Below the pieces are notes generated by a model. The model worked only from the letters and a program-made list of their open reading frames with translations. It had not been told where the DNA came from and made no database searches. This document shows, one piece after another, positions 12,823-24,679 of a stretch of DNA of 64,000 bases. The stretch spans positions 2,294,001 to 2,358,000 of the forward strand of contig JAKIMF020000001.1 of assembly GCA_022605425.2 (NCBI GenBank), in the 5' to 3' direction. This DNA comes from Hamiltosporidium tvaerminnensis FI-OER-3-3. Taxonomy: Eukaryota; Fungi; Microsporidia. Both the position numbers and the translations under genes were made by a program. Numbering within the stretch: position 1 is the stretch's first letter; the number at the start of each line of letters is the position of its first letter.

Positions 12823-13395
12823 ATGGAAGATATTAAGTGTAATGTTGGTGTATTAAAAGATGTATTGGGTTCTTCAATGTTTAGTTTTAAAGGAACAGTG
12901 GTATATTGTGCAGTGTTGCATATGTCTGAACCTCCACTTAGACACGAAGATGATGAAAAGGCATATGTAGAAGTAAAATGCAAAACATCTTCGCATTTTC
13001 ATTCTAAAGAATTGGAGAGATATATATCAAATTATATCAATAAAATTATTCATAAATTTTGTATACTTGAAGCAGATAAATTTAAAATGATGCAAATAAA
13101 TATTTTTATATCTGAAAAGTACAGTAATATTTTATGTTGTGCTATAAATTCTTGTCTTCTAGCATTACTCGATGCAGGAATACCTCTGAGAAAAATGTTC
13201 TACGCAGTATCTACGTGTCAGTATGAAGAAGAAGCCATAGTTTTTGAAAAAGAAAAAGAATCTTTCATACATATTTTTTCACATGCCTTTGGAAAAATAT
13301 CTGCTGATGCCATACAAAAAGCAAAAAAAGATCTTGAAATTCTAGAAGAATATATATTGTTTTCTTTGAGAGATAAATTTATATTGGTAGACTGA
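12823..13395 (+). CDS. Exosome core RNase PH-like subunit (Rrp46/Rrp41 type)
   Basis: GSSMFSFKGTVVYCAV and CAINSCLLALLDAGIPL are RNase PH exosome motifs. The short length fits Rrp46. Confidence 0.75.
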   Translation: MEDIKCNVGVLKDVLGSSMFSFKGTVVYCAVLHMSEPPLRHEDDEKAYVEVKCKTSSHFHSKELERYISNYINKIIHKFCILEADKFKMMQINIFISEKYSNILCCAINSCLLALLDAGIPLRKMFYAVSTCQYEEEAIVFEKEKESFIHIFSHAFGKISADAIQKAKKDLEILEEYILFSLRDKFILVD

Positions 13396-13599
13396 ATAAT
13401 TATCTATAACTGTTTAAAAAATTTTGACATCGCTTTATATTTAAATAAAAAAAATTGAAATTTTTTTACAAATTTATTCTTAATTTTGCGTCTAGTTTTT
13501 TCAACTAAAAAAAAATTCGCAGGTTATTAACTTTCAACATATATTTGTTGGTTTTAATTGCTTAAAATTAATATTTTTTAATTTTGAAATATTATTTAC

Positions 13600-16560
13600 A
13601 GGATCCCGATTTAGATTTATATTCTACAATATGCATTTTTATTTGCAAATTTCTTCTTGATTTCTCTATTTTGTGATGATAACAAATTTTCGTTTAAACT
13701 CAAGCTCATCTGATAATATTTTTTGATAATTTCTTTAAATATAATCAGATTCTGGTTTATTTGCTATATTGTTAAAAAATTACCAAATTTTTCATTAAAT
13801 GTAACTTTTTTCTAAAATCAGATTCTATTTACCATATGAGTTGTAATATTTCTTTATAAAACGTTTTATATGTTGGTAAAAAGCTTCTTCAATCAACATT
13901 TTTTTAATTTAATTAATTTATAATCTACAGGCTATTAAGCTTTATAATTCCGTAGGAAAAGCACAGAGATGCTTTTTTCTTCTTTTCAATATTATATTTA
14001 CAGTTTCTATATATAAATGAAAATATTAAGCAAATTATTCTGTATATTCATTTTGGCTTTTTTTTATTATAGTCTGTTTTTTGCGTACATATTTCTTGAG
14101 GTTTCTTAATTTAAAGTTTTTCCCTATTTTTTGCACTTCATAAATAATTATAGTTTATTTTACATATTTTTTTTATCATTCAATTATAAATATGATATGA
14201 TTGTGTAAAAATATACTTTAACAAATAATATATTTTTTTTTGAAAATATTGAAATCTTTAGGCTTGGATTCTTTATGATTTTTTACAGTCTAATTCATTT
14301 CAAATTATAAATATAGAACATCGATATTATTTATAATCCTTTCTTATATCGCTAAGAGTTAATGTGCAATATATATTTTGCTGGATGAAGTCTAAATACT
14401 TTAAAATTAACAAATGATTATCTTCGTAAACTACTAAGAAAGAATTTAAAATATTAAAAAACTTTTATCTTCGTTGTTTTGCTTCCATACACAGTAACAT
14501 TATTGATCCTTCTGATCTCATACTTTATTCAAACAAGTGTTATTGCAATTAAATAGTTTTAATCGGTTATTAGGCTACTCCTACTTCATTTCCTAATTTC
14601 AAATTGATTACGAATTCCCACATATTTTGTTTAAATTTGCTATCAGTTTTTATTCTTATAATTACTTCTTTTTTTAGTGATTGGGATAAGATTGATTATC
14701 TAATTACAACCTAGGATTTATAAATGTCATTTTACAATCTTATATAGCTTAAAAAATTATATTTTCGCTTATTTACTTAAAAAATACGAATAAAAATATT
14801 TTGTTAAAAAAGTATGCTTTTTCCAAATCTTTATTATCTCATTTATTTCATATCAAATATTATTATTTGTTTTGAAAAAAATTTCGAAGTATTAGAAGGA
14901 TAGAACTGTTTAAATACATTCAGTCTGTTCAAGTAATATAGTATATTTTTATTTCTTAATATCTTCATATATACCTCTCCTTTGTTTTTCAAAGGAATAT
15001 ACTTTTATGTAATTTAGAGACTATTCTCAGAGGTTTTCAAATGGTTTACTTATAATAATTGTTACATTATAGACATAAATACCACATTTACTAAAAGTAT
15101 AGGGTTCATTACAGGTTTTGTTTACTCTTTTTGCTTTTTTTTCAGGTGTGATTTAAAAAATCATAGATTGGAAAGATCTTGTTGTCAAAGAATCTCATAG
15201 ATTTTAATTTACTTAGTATTTTTCTTATTGATGCTTTTTTTTATTTCTTATAAATTTTTAGAATACTCATATTTTTTCTAATAATTTTTTACTTAATGAA
15301 AGATTTAAAAGAATAGTTTGATTGAATACATTAACTGCTCTAATTGGCTAACTAAACAACCGATGAATGGGTTTATTTTAAATCTATGATTATCGATCGA
15401 GCAGTTTCTGGGAATAATGAACCATGTTTTGTTTCTTTTCTTAAAATAGCTTTTATTATTCGAGATTACTCATTAAGCACAGCGCAAGACGTACTATTAT
15501 CTAAAAATGTCTATAATACATTTGATTGATAATAGAGACTGATTTTTTTTCATCAAATAGATCTATATTCATATCTTTTTTACTCTAAATCAATAAAGGC
15601 CATATATCAATGGTTTGAAGTTTTTCTAGCTTTAAGATAAGTGTAAATACCTTTTTTATTTACAAAATATTCTGTAATTTTTTAGATATTCTTTGATGAA
15701 GCTTCAATTATGTTTTTTTGTCTTTTAAAAGTACGTTACCAGGTTAAACTTTATATTTTTAGGCACTAAAAACCTAATTTACTGCAGCTTATTCTATGAT
15801 TTAAATGCTTCGACTTCATCCCTTATTTTTTTGTTAAAAATTCTCAGATGATACTAAGAAATAGGTTGTGTATTTGGCAAACTATCTAACGAAGTTGCTA
15901 AATTGGGTTTTTTTTCGCGTGCCTTTTATCTGATCTGGAAACATCTTTCGTTTTTTTACATGAGATGACGCACCTTTTCTTTTTATTTACATTCATATTC
16001 TATTTGCCGCATTAGGTATCCTTTTCATTTTTTCATCATCTGAAAAACGGTAATACAATCATTCTTGCAGCAATAAATTTTATTTGATTTTGTCATTCAA
16101 TTAATGACGCCATTTCTTTAATCCAGGATTTCGTTTTTGACTGAAAAATCAGAATTAATCTACAACACTGCCTTTCTTCATTATATAAAAATCATCATTT
16201 ACACTTTAAATATATTAACATCCAGTTTTCTCAGATCTTCTAATTATATTTCGATTTATTTGTTCCCTTTTTCTGGTTTCGATGGATTTGCAAAACATTT
16301 TATTTTATTTTTTTTTCTTAAAACGATTTTTGACTTTTATATCTTCAGTTTTTGTAATTATAGAGCTTATTTTATTTTCGAGGCATTTATGTTTAAATTC
16401 AGAAAAATATTGATTGTGAGAACTAAATTTCAGTGTAATATTAACAGATTTTTGTTCGAAAAATTGTTCCGTGGTTCAGTAAAAAACATTATATGGAGCA
16501 CTATTGATTGGCTTTTTACTTTTCTATAATGAATTAAAATTTTTATGCAATTAAAAAAAT
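13600..16560 (-). pseudogene. Possible decayed member of a lineage-expanded large-protein family
   Basis: ~3 kb with coding-like K/I/N/L-rich composition on the minus strand, broken by many stops. No diagnostic motif was recognised. Confidence 0.25.
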
Positions 16561-17072
16561 AATATTTTTATAAACACCTAAATTCAAAACACGTGTTAAA
16601 ATAGTTATGCAGGTCATTTTTAAAACCTTAAATTTATTTATTGTATCTTAACTTACATTATTTGGCTAGGAATTGGAGTGTTATGCTTTATAACTTCCAA
16701 AATTTTTAGCCAAAAACTTTTAGCCAAAGAAATTTAAATAAAACTGTAAATAGAAAATAAATTCCAACGAGTATTTAGATTTAAATTTTTTAATTATTAA
16801 GATTTTTACAAAAAATATAGTGAAATAAAGAAATATGGTTAAATATTTTCAATGATTTTGGCCAAATAAGATCCAGTGATTCAATATCGTTTTGTTTTTA
16901 CTTAATAATTTAAATTTTTCTAATGGTATTTTTTAAATCAGTAAAAAATAAAAATTCTTTCATTTATTCTATTACATAGAAATATTCCTTGAATTAAGTA
17001 CTTTTAAAATAATGTTTATTGTTTTGGGATTTTCTCTGTTTCTAACAAAACATCAAACACCCATCTGTTCTT

Positions 17073-18374
17073 ATGTCAAAATCAATATTTGAAAATCAAT
17101 ACAACACTACATATATATCCAGAATAGAAAAGTTACGACCATATTTACACAATAAAGTACAACAAAAATGGAATATAGAACCACTTATTTCAATTTCTGA
17201 AATAGAAAAATCTACAAATAATAAAGTGGCAATAATTGGAATTATCTTTATATCAAGCAATTTAAAAAATAGCATTTTTAAAGAATTATCCAATTATAAT
17301 GTAATGAAATCTAAAAATATCAAAGAAACTGATATACTTGAATCGAATACTTATATTTCAGAAAATATTAAATATTTTATAGAAGATATTACAGGAAGAA
17401 TGGAATTAGAATTTGAAAATATTGAAAAAATTTATGAAGACTGTTTTGTAATAACTACCGGTATGTGTGTTGCTTTATTTGGAAATAAAAATAATCAAGG
17501 AAAATTTTTAGTTTCGGATATTTCATTTGCGGGTTATCAAAATAATAAACTTGATATTGTTGGTATTGTAGAAAATAAAATTTCTGTCCCTGAAATGCAT
17601 TTATCTGAAGCAAATAAGAATAAAAATGAGATTCAAAGTCACAATGTTTTATTTATATCAGGAATTAATATGTCGTCTAAAAATACAAATAAAAATAAAA
17701 TACTTTTAATATTTGATTATTTAAATGGAAAACATGGAAATATCTTTTCAAATATTGATACTGTAATAATTCTAGGTAATTTTTATGATTCTGAAGAAAA
17801 GGAAGCATTAGAATGGCTTATTCATATAAATATTTTGATAAAAAAAGCCAAACTCACTTCAAAAATTCGAATAATTGTTGTGCCGAATCTAAACGATCCC
17901 AGTAGTAAAGCTTATCCAATAGAATGTTTGAATAAAAAACTTTTTAGTGAAGATTTTGAATCGTGTGAAAACCCCTGTTGTACAAAAATAGATCAAAAAA
18001 CGCTTTTGATCACTTCTGGGGAAAATATATTTGATGTTTTAAGATATTTACCACACGGTAATATTTCCTCTGATTGGGATAAGAGTAATATATATAAAAA
18101 GGAAAATGTTACAAAAACCATGGATGTTTTGTTACAAAGTATGTATTTGTGTCCAACGGCACCAGATACACTTCTTTCAAATCCCTTAGAAAGCCAAGAA
18201 TCTTTTTACTTAGAAAAAACTCCTGATTTTTTTATATGTGGAAATACAAACGGTTTTTCATTCACCGAAAAGAACGGATGTGTTTTGGTTACTCTGCCTA
18301 GTTTTTCAAAGTCAGGTGAGATTGTTGTATTTGATATAAACAGTTTCAAATATGAAATTATACAATTTAATTAA
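17073..18374 (+). CDS. POL31: DNA polymerase delta small (B) subunit
   Basis: QYNTTYISR, IEDITGRMEL, VPNLNDPS..YP, TSGENIFD, LCPTAPDTL, PDFFICGN and LPSFSKSGEIV all match POLD2/Pol31. Confidence 0.92.
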   Translation: MSKSIFENQYNTTYISRIEKLRPYLHNKVQQKWNIEPLISISEIEKSTNNKVAIIGIIFISSNLKNSIFKELSNYNVMKSKNIKETDILESNTYISENIKYFIEDITGRMELEFENIEKIYEDCFVITTGMCVALFGNKNNQGKFLVSDISFAGYQNNKLDIVGIVENKISVPEMHLSEANKNKNEIQSHNVLFISGINMSSKNTNKNKILLIFDYLNGKHGNIFSNIDTVIILGNFYDSEEKEALEWLIHINILIKKAKLTSKIRIIVVPNLNDPSSKAYPIECLNKKLFSEDFESCENPCCTKIDQKTLLITSGENIFDVLRYLPHGNISSDWDKSNIYKKENVTKTMDVLLQSMYLCPTAPDTLLSNPLESQESFYLEKTPDFFICGNTNGFSFTEKNGCVLVTLPSFSKSGEIVVFDINSFKYEIIQFN

Positions 18375-18669
18375 AGTTTTTATAAATTGAATTCCTTTAA
18401 AAGTAAATTTGTTAAGTATTCTATTGTCTGAATTATAAAATCCATTATTTGTTTATAAACATTTATAAATTTAAAAATATTTTGTCTTTATTTGTATAAT
18501 TGGTTTAAAAATTAGAAAAATATTTCGGTGTTCGCTAAATAAAACAAGATCATCAAAATTTTAACTTCAATGTTTTTTTCCTGCCTTTTATTTCCAGTTT
18601 TTTTTATATTTTATTCCGTTTTTGTTTCTACACAAATATTTTTTTCTACGTTTATTTTTAATACACGTG

Positions 18670-19270
18670 AAACGTGGTAATCACATAATAAACTTTCTGA
18701 ATGACAATGAGTGTGTAGGCTGGGTGTGAAAATAATTGTTGATATTTTTATAAAGTATAAACTACATTGAATATATAGGTAAGTCACCTATTTCTGAATT
18801 ACAACATATAAAAGAAATAAATAAAATACAAGATTGTCTCAAAATTCAATACTTTGTGTTTAAACCAGGTCATGAATTATGGAACATAGAATTATTAAGT
18901 TTGAAATTGAACAAACTGGAAAGTGTAAATTTTGAAATTTTTTGACTATTTGGAACTGTTTTTTCGTGAAAGAGGAATGAATGTAAGAAATGCTACAAAA
19001 ACGACTCGCGACAGAAAACTTTGCTTCCATTTGTTTCTCCTCAAACCAAGAGGTAGAAGAAATTAAAATATTTAAGTTAGTAATTGTTGTTAAAGTTTAA
19101 AAATAAACTTTAAGGCACCGAGGCAACGTGTAATTATAAAATGTTTTTAAGTTTTTAGAATTTAATGAGTAGCTATCATAACAAAACACTACACAATAAA
19201 AATGGTTTGATGTGTCTTATCTGGAATTTTAAATGTTGTCTTATACATGTATTTATGTTAAAATAAAGTC
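18670..19270 (+). mobile_element. Structured SINE-like retroposon, highly decayed copy C
   Basis: TCACATAATAAACTTTCTGAATGACAATGAGTGTGTAGGCTGGGTGTGA (18681-18729) aligns to the family 5' region, and TGAATATATAGGTAA and GAAATGCTACAAAA follow in the expected order. The 3' limit is uncertain. Confidence 0.5.
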
Positions 19271-19898
19271 TTGAAATTCCCAGGTAGATTTTATTTACCC
19301 ATGTAGTACTGACAAAACTTTCTAATGAAATGATTAACAACATGTATCCAAGTATCAGCTTATATTATTTTTGAATGGTTTTCAATATATTTTAGATGAG
19401 AATTTCTAGATTTTTTTGCTTTGATTTTCAATTGTGTCCAAGGAAGCAAGGAAAACCCATTATTTCTAATTTTAATAATATGTTTTCTGACTTCAAGCTA
19501 ATCATGCCTTTATATATTTATTTTTAACTTAATATATTTATAGATGTTTATTTACACTATATATAGTGTTTATCTCATAAGCCTATTTACTGATAAAATC
19601 ACGTTTTAGCTTATATCTTATATATTTATATATCATGATAGTGATATAATATTATTTTAATTTTGACAATCTGTCGTAGAAACAGTTTATATCTGAACCT
19701 TTGCAACGAGAATATGATTAGGATCTAATAGCTTTTTAAATTCTTCTCTATTTAACCTTAAAATGTTTGTTTTGTGCTTTCAATTTTTTCGACTTCTAAA
19801 GATGTTTTATTATATTTGTATTTAAACAAATAAAATTTATTTCAACACGCAAATTACATCATAATCATCTTAAATTCAAATCAATGGCAACACTATTA

Positions 19899-22800
19899 GA
19901 ATTTTTATTTAATAAAATTCTGGGTTAAAATATTTTTTTTTTTTTTTACCATTTTTACATGTTTTCTTCTACCTCTTTAACCACTTTTGTCTCTTCTTCC
20001 AAATCCGACTCTTCATTTATGTTATTGGTCGGTTCCTCTAAAGTGGTTCCTCCTTGTAAAATAAAGGGGGCTTTATATTTTGGTTTAAAATTTTTGGCAC
20101 CATCTTCCTCTGTTTTCGCTGCTTTTAAAGGGGGTATTGGTTCCTCATGCATCTCTGATCTCATAATAACACCCATTGACGCTCTCTCCCAGCTCTCTTC
20201 GGCATTTAGTCCTGACTCAAGTCCTCTTCGTCGATCAAAGGAAATAGTTTCGACTGTCTTTTTAAGTACTATAGACTGAATGTATGCTTCTACATTCATG
20301 GGTATTTCTAGTCTTTTAAGATGAGATTTATGGTATTTTGTCACAATACCGTCCCAGGTCATCACATAAGGGATTATCTCAACACTACACTTATAAATAA
20401 GGCCCAACTCATTGGCTAGCAGGTCATACTTCCTAAGTTTTTCAGTTTCAACTATTTGAAGTGAATCTTGGGAAGTGATTCCTACTTCAATGAGTGTTAT
20501 CTTATTCTTCTTCTTATCTAAAATAAATATGTCTGGTCTGTTATTCCGAATTTTAACATCAGTTTTAATTCTGGTGTCCACTCTTATCTCTGCATACTCA
20601 TTATCAAGAATTTCTTGAACTGAGTGGCTCCTTATTCGTTTTGAAGACTTAAACTTATATCTATTTAGAAGGAGAAGGTGTAGGCATCTAACCACTTCAT
20701 TATGCCGTCTAGTGTAATCATGGCCTAGCATTTTTTCACATCTAGTTGCTAGATGATCCACAGTCTTACCAGACTTCCCGCAATGTTGACACACACCATC
20801 TGCTCCCCAGAATACATTTCTATCCTGGATATAGCAGAACACAGCTTCATTTCGTGGCCTAATATTTCCTCTCTTTAGCCATCTTGAAGAGTCACTAACA
20901 CTCACAAGCTCATTTTTCCTTGCATTATATAACTTTGAATGGAGTTTTCGTTTTTCTATTTCGTTATATAGTTTTGCAAGTTGAGCTTCTTCTAAACTTT
21001 TCTTAGTGACTTCTTCTGCCAACCTGTACTTTACTTTTAAGAAGCCTTTTATTAGTGCAAGATGGGTTTTATTATTATTCTCCACCTTGAGGATTGCTGC
21101 TCGTCTAGTTGATATTTCTTTACTTTTTTCCAGACAATCCAAGAGTTGCAGAAGCATATGTTCGCTTCGCAACTCAACACTATGTAGGCCTCTTCCAAGT
21201 TCTGTTCTAGGAAGATACAACCGCTCTTTACATCCTGGGCGGAGATGTATCTTATTTTTAACCAACACCGCACGCACTGCATCATCTAACTTAGAGAAGT
21301 CAGCCGGTTCAAGTCGAAGTACTCCTATGTGGTAGTTGATTAACGATATCGCATGTTGATTGATTGCAGAAAATAAATTTTTTGCATTTAATCTAGTGTG
21401 ACAAAGTCTTTCAACTCTTGATATAAGTTTGCTCTGTACTTCTTCAAATGAGCTACGTGTTGGGATTCCTCTGCTATCTTCTATTATTCCTAAATATTTG
21501 TAAACACTAACACCTTCTAGAAGAGTAGCAGTATCTTCACAACACGTATCATTTGTGGCTGACTTCTCTTTGTTAATCTCTAAGCCAATCACCTCTAAAA
21601 ATTCCTTTGCCTCGCCTGTCATAGCACTCAATGTGGAGCTGTCTTTTGCAAGGAGCTTAAGATCATCAATAAACAAGAGATGATTAGTAGAATGGGATTC
21701 TGCATCTGTTTGTACTGTCACTTTTGTGTATTTTTCATTAAGCTTTCGGCTTAATGGATCCATACACAACACAAATAACAAAGGTGACAGACTATCTCCT
21801 TGCAGGATCCCTCTATCAATCTTCTTGCTCATGATTTTTTCAGGCCCTACGGATATATCAATTTTCCATTTTGATATAATTACCTTAATAAATTTCAGGA
21901 TCCAATCAGGTAAATTAAGGTTTTCAATGCATTGAGTTAAATAAGCATGATCTATTGAATCATAAGCTTTTTTAACATCAATCCATGTTGCCTTAAGATT
22001 GTTTCCGTATTCTTTATTTAGGGCAATATTCAGTAGAGCCTGCTCTTTCGCTCCCTGCACACCTCTTACCGCCCCTAGTTGGTTCTCTGCAAGCAACCCT
22101 CGCCTTTCCACTTCAAGTTGAACGACTTTCGTTACACACTTTGTCGTTAACTTATAGAGGTTGGACATACAAGTGATTGGCCTGTAGTCAGAGCCTCTTC
22201 GTGGAATTCCTTTCGGTATCAAATACGTAAGCCCGCAGTAAAACCAATCAGCTTGAGGTGTTCCTTCTAAACATATAACTTTCACAATATCATAAAGATA
22301 TTTGTGAAGAGTTGTAAGTTTCTTAATGAAAAAATTGTAAATACCATCAATTCCAGCAGCTTTCCAATTAGGGAGCCAATTAATGATATTCACAAATTCA
22401 TCAAGTGAAGGAAACGTGGTCGGATGATTATCTGATACAAATGGAATCAAATAATCATCGTACGTGACTGTGTCATCATTTTTGTTCCACATTGTAGACC
22501 AAAAACTCACAATTTCATCACGGCTAACCACATGCTCGGATTCCACACGCTCAGATAACCCACGATAAAATCGACCTCGGAAAAGCTCAAACATACGATT
22601 CTCTTTTCGGAATTGCTTCCTACTTTCATGCATCGTAATTTTTTTCTCGTAAACATTCAAAGACTCATTCTTCTTAACTAAAGCCTCAGAAAGATCAGTT
22701 ACGCTGCTCAAGTTTAAATTAAACTCTCGCATGATTTTCTTAAGGCTCTTCGTTTCCGAAGTGGAGAGCTTTTCCTGCTTACGAGCCTTCTCGAGAAGAT

Positions 22801-23720
22801 CTTTGGAAAGTACTAACTTAGAAATTTTACTTTCTATGTTTTCCTTCCAAGCGGATCTAGGCTTTTCTTTGCGTGTTGCCTCGTCATAGCATACCTGCGC
22901 AGCTTGCATGATATACGCGGCTTCCGTAATTGACTCAGGTACATGAGCTCCTGCATATTCACCGACTACTCGATTAATGAGATCCAGAACTTTACTATCA
23001 ACCAATTCATTTGGATGTTTTCTAGTTCGGACCACTACTTTTCCAATTTCGTTCTCAGAGATTTCTTTGATTTTACTCAAGAATTTATCTCTCAGGTTTA
23101 TGTACTCCGTGGTGTCGGTCAAGGTGCATGTATCAGCGAGACAAGTGGCGATTCTACGTCGCTCTCCATTCTCTTCTGATTTTACATCCTTTCCCATCTC
23201 ACTTTGTGCCAATTTTTTTAACACTTCGAGAGTTTCAGTGCAGCCGAATTTCTCATTATAGTACCTGTGAAGCTCTGTCCAGCCATTTCTTGGCATTCTT
23301 TCAAACCTTGTCTGTACTGCAAAAAAAACAATTCGAGGCCATTCCTTCGGGTCGGCTGTTACGGAATCGAATATCGTCCGCAATGCCATTAGCCTGTTAC
23401 CTTCCGGAATAGCTAGAGTACAGGGGCTTGTCATGTCGTACGATGGCTCGCACGCAGAGACTTCAACCGAAGAGGGAACTGGTGCATTAGGCGAAGGTAA
23501 GGTGTCAAGCCCACTATTTTGCATTTTACTGCATGTTTGGCTTGGTGGTGGAGGTGTTATTGTTGTGTAGGAGGAGGAAGGTAGGGGAATCGCCGGTGGG
23601 TGTAGCTTACATTTTTGTATCTCACTATCACTCTTTTTCACCTCATCAGCGTCGTTTGCAGCCTTTATTTTGGTATTATTCGATATTTCGCTGCTAACAT
23701 TTTTCTTTCTACCCATTTTT
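19899..23720 (-). mobile_element. Full-length R4/Dong-like non-LTR retrotransposon (RT + restriction-like endonuclease)
   Basis: Perfect 14-bp TSD TGGCAACACTATTA at 19885-19898 and 23721-23734 around a single intact 1253-aa ORF. Confidence 0.95.
19955..23716 (-). CDS. Retrotransposon polyprotein: RT, CCHC zinc knuckle, PD-(D/E)xK RLE
   Basis: KAAGIDG, YRPITC, DVKKAYDS, GILQGDSLSPLLF, LFIDDL, YKYLG, CQHC..TVDHLATRC, RHN and RPDIFILD..IEV..KLRKY. Confidence 0.95.
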   Translation of the reverse strand: MGRKKNVSSEISNNTKIKAANDADEVKKSDSEIQKCKLHPPAIPLPSSSYTTITPPPPSQTCSKMQNSGLDTLPSPNAPVPSSVEVSACEPSYDMTSPCTLAIPEGNRLMALRTIFDSVTADPKEWPRIVFFAVQTRFERMPRNGWTELHRYYNEKFGCTETLEVLKKLAQSEMGKDVKSEENGERRRIATCLADTCTLTDTTEYINLRDKFLSKIKEISENEIGKVVVRTRKHPNELVDSKVLDLINRVVGEYAGAHVPESITEAAYIMQAAQVCYDEATRKEKPRSAWKENIESKISKLVLSKDLLEKARKQEKLSTSETKSLKKIMREFNLNLSSVTDLSEALVKKNESLNVYEKKITMHESRKQFRKENRMFELFRGRFYRGLSERVESEHVVSRDEIVSFWSTMWNKNDDTVTYDDYLIPFVSDNHPTTFPSLDEFVNIINWLPNWKAAGIDGIYNFFIKKLTTLHKYLYDIVKVICLEGTPQADWFYCGLTYLIPKGIPRRGSDYRPITCMSNLYKLTTKCVTKVVQLEVERRGLLAENQLGAVRGVQGAKEQALLNIALNKEYGNNLKATWIDVKKAYDSIDHAYLTQCIENLNLPDWILKFIKVIISKWKIDISVGPEKIMSKKIDRGILQGDSLSPLLFVLCMDPLSRKLNEKYTKVTVQTDAESHSTNHLLFIDDLKLLAKDSSTLSAMTGEAKEFLEVIGLEINKEKSATNDTCCEDTATLLEGVSVYKYLGIIEDSRGIPTRSSFEEVQSKLISRVERLCHTRLNAKNLFSAINQHAISLINYHIGVLRLEPADFSKLDDAVRAVLVKNKIHLRPGCKERLYLPRTELGRGLHSVELRSEHMLLQLLDCLEKSKEISTRRAAILKVENNNKTHLALIKGFLKVKYRLAEEVTKKSLEEAQLAKLYNEIEKRKLHSKLYNARKNELVSVSDSSRWLKRGNIRPRNEAVFCYIQDRNVFWGADGVCQHCGKSGKTVDHLATRCEKMLGHDYTRRHNEVVRCLHLLLLNRYKFKSSKRIRSHSVQEILDNEYAEIRVDTRIKTDVKIRNNRPDIFILDKKKNKITLIEVGITSQDSLQIVETEKLRKYDLLANELGLIYKCSVEIIPYVMTWDGIVTKYHKSHLKRLEIPMNVEAYIQSIVLKKTVETISFDRRRGLESGLNAEESWERASMGVIMRSEMHEEPIPPLKAAKTEEDGAKNFKPKYKAPFILQGGTTLEEPTNNINEESDLEEETKVVKEVEENM

Positions 23721-24679
23721 TGGCAACACTATTATATATATAATCTAATAAATTTAATTAAATGATCGAAAAAATATTTTGTCAAAACATAATTTAGCCG
23801 TTTACACATTTACAATAAGATGAGTTTTTTTAAGAAAATATAATTAATAATGAGTTCGAAGGTCCAAATCAAGTCCTTATACTCAATTATGTAAACATAT
23901 TTGTTATTTTAATTGATCTAAACCCAGACTATTAAATTATAAATAAACTATAATTTATACATGATTAGAATCTAGATTTATATTTTGACTAATATAGAAG
24001 TATTTTGTAGTTAAATATTTAATATATATGATTTTAATTGTGGTAAAAATGATAAATATCAAGTTAATTATAATGATATATACATGTGATGTACTTTAAT
24101 TGCTTAATTGTATTACAATATAACTTTTATAAAGGTATGAAGTAAAGAAATAATTTGTAAATTTATATCTTAAACAATAAATGAATGGATTAATATATTT
24201 TAATTGCATACTTAAAAAGTTTTGTATAATTTTAAATCTTTGATGAAAATGCAAAGTTTTTCATTCTTTAGAGTTTTAAAAATATACCTTTACATACTAA
24301 GATAGTATATGAATTTTAAAGGCTTCAAATAAATTAAATACAAGTCACATTTTAAGTAATTTCACAAAAAACTAGAATATAAATCCTTGGAAAAATGACT
24401 CTTAAAAAGTAATATTATAAATTAAATTATTCTTTCTTTATTATTCAGCTGAAATATAATTTAAAAATTGTAAATTTGATTACTTTAGATATATGTCTCT
24501 TTGATTATCAATTTTAAAAAGAGAAGATTAACAATATTAAAAGTGAATTAAAAGCCAGAATCGGATTTAAAAGTATAAAAAAGGCAATTTTAATCATTAA
24601 TTTATATATAAGGATTAAGATTCAAAAGTAGTGTAAAAATTCATGGTATTTATATTTTAATAGAATTTTCATACATTAA

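Noticed and set aside
19959-23412. Plus-strand ORFs inside the retrotransposon (also 43521, 44568 and the antisense ORF at 61360)
   Set aside because: Antisense shadows of the RT ORF, repeated only because the element is repeated.
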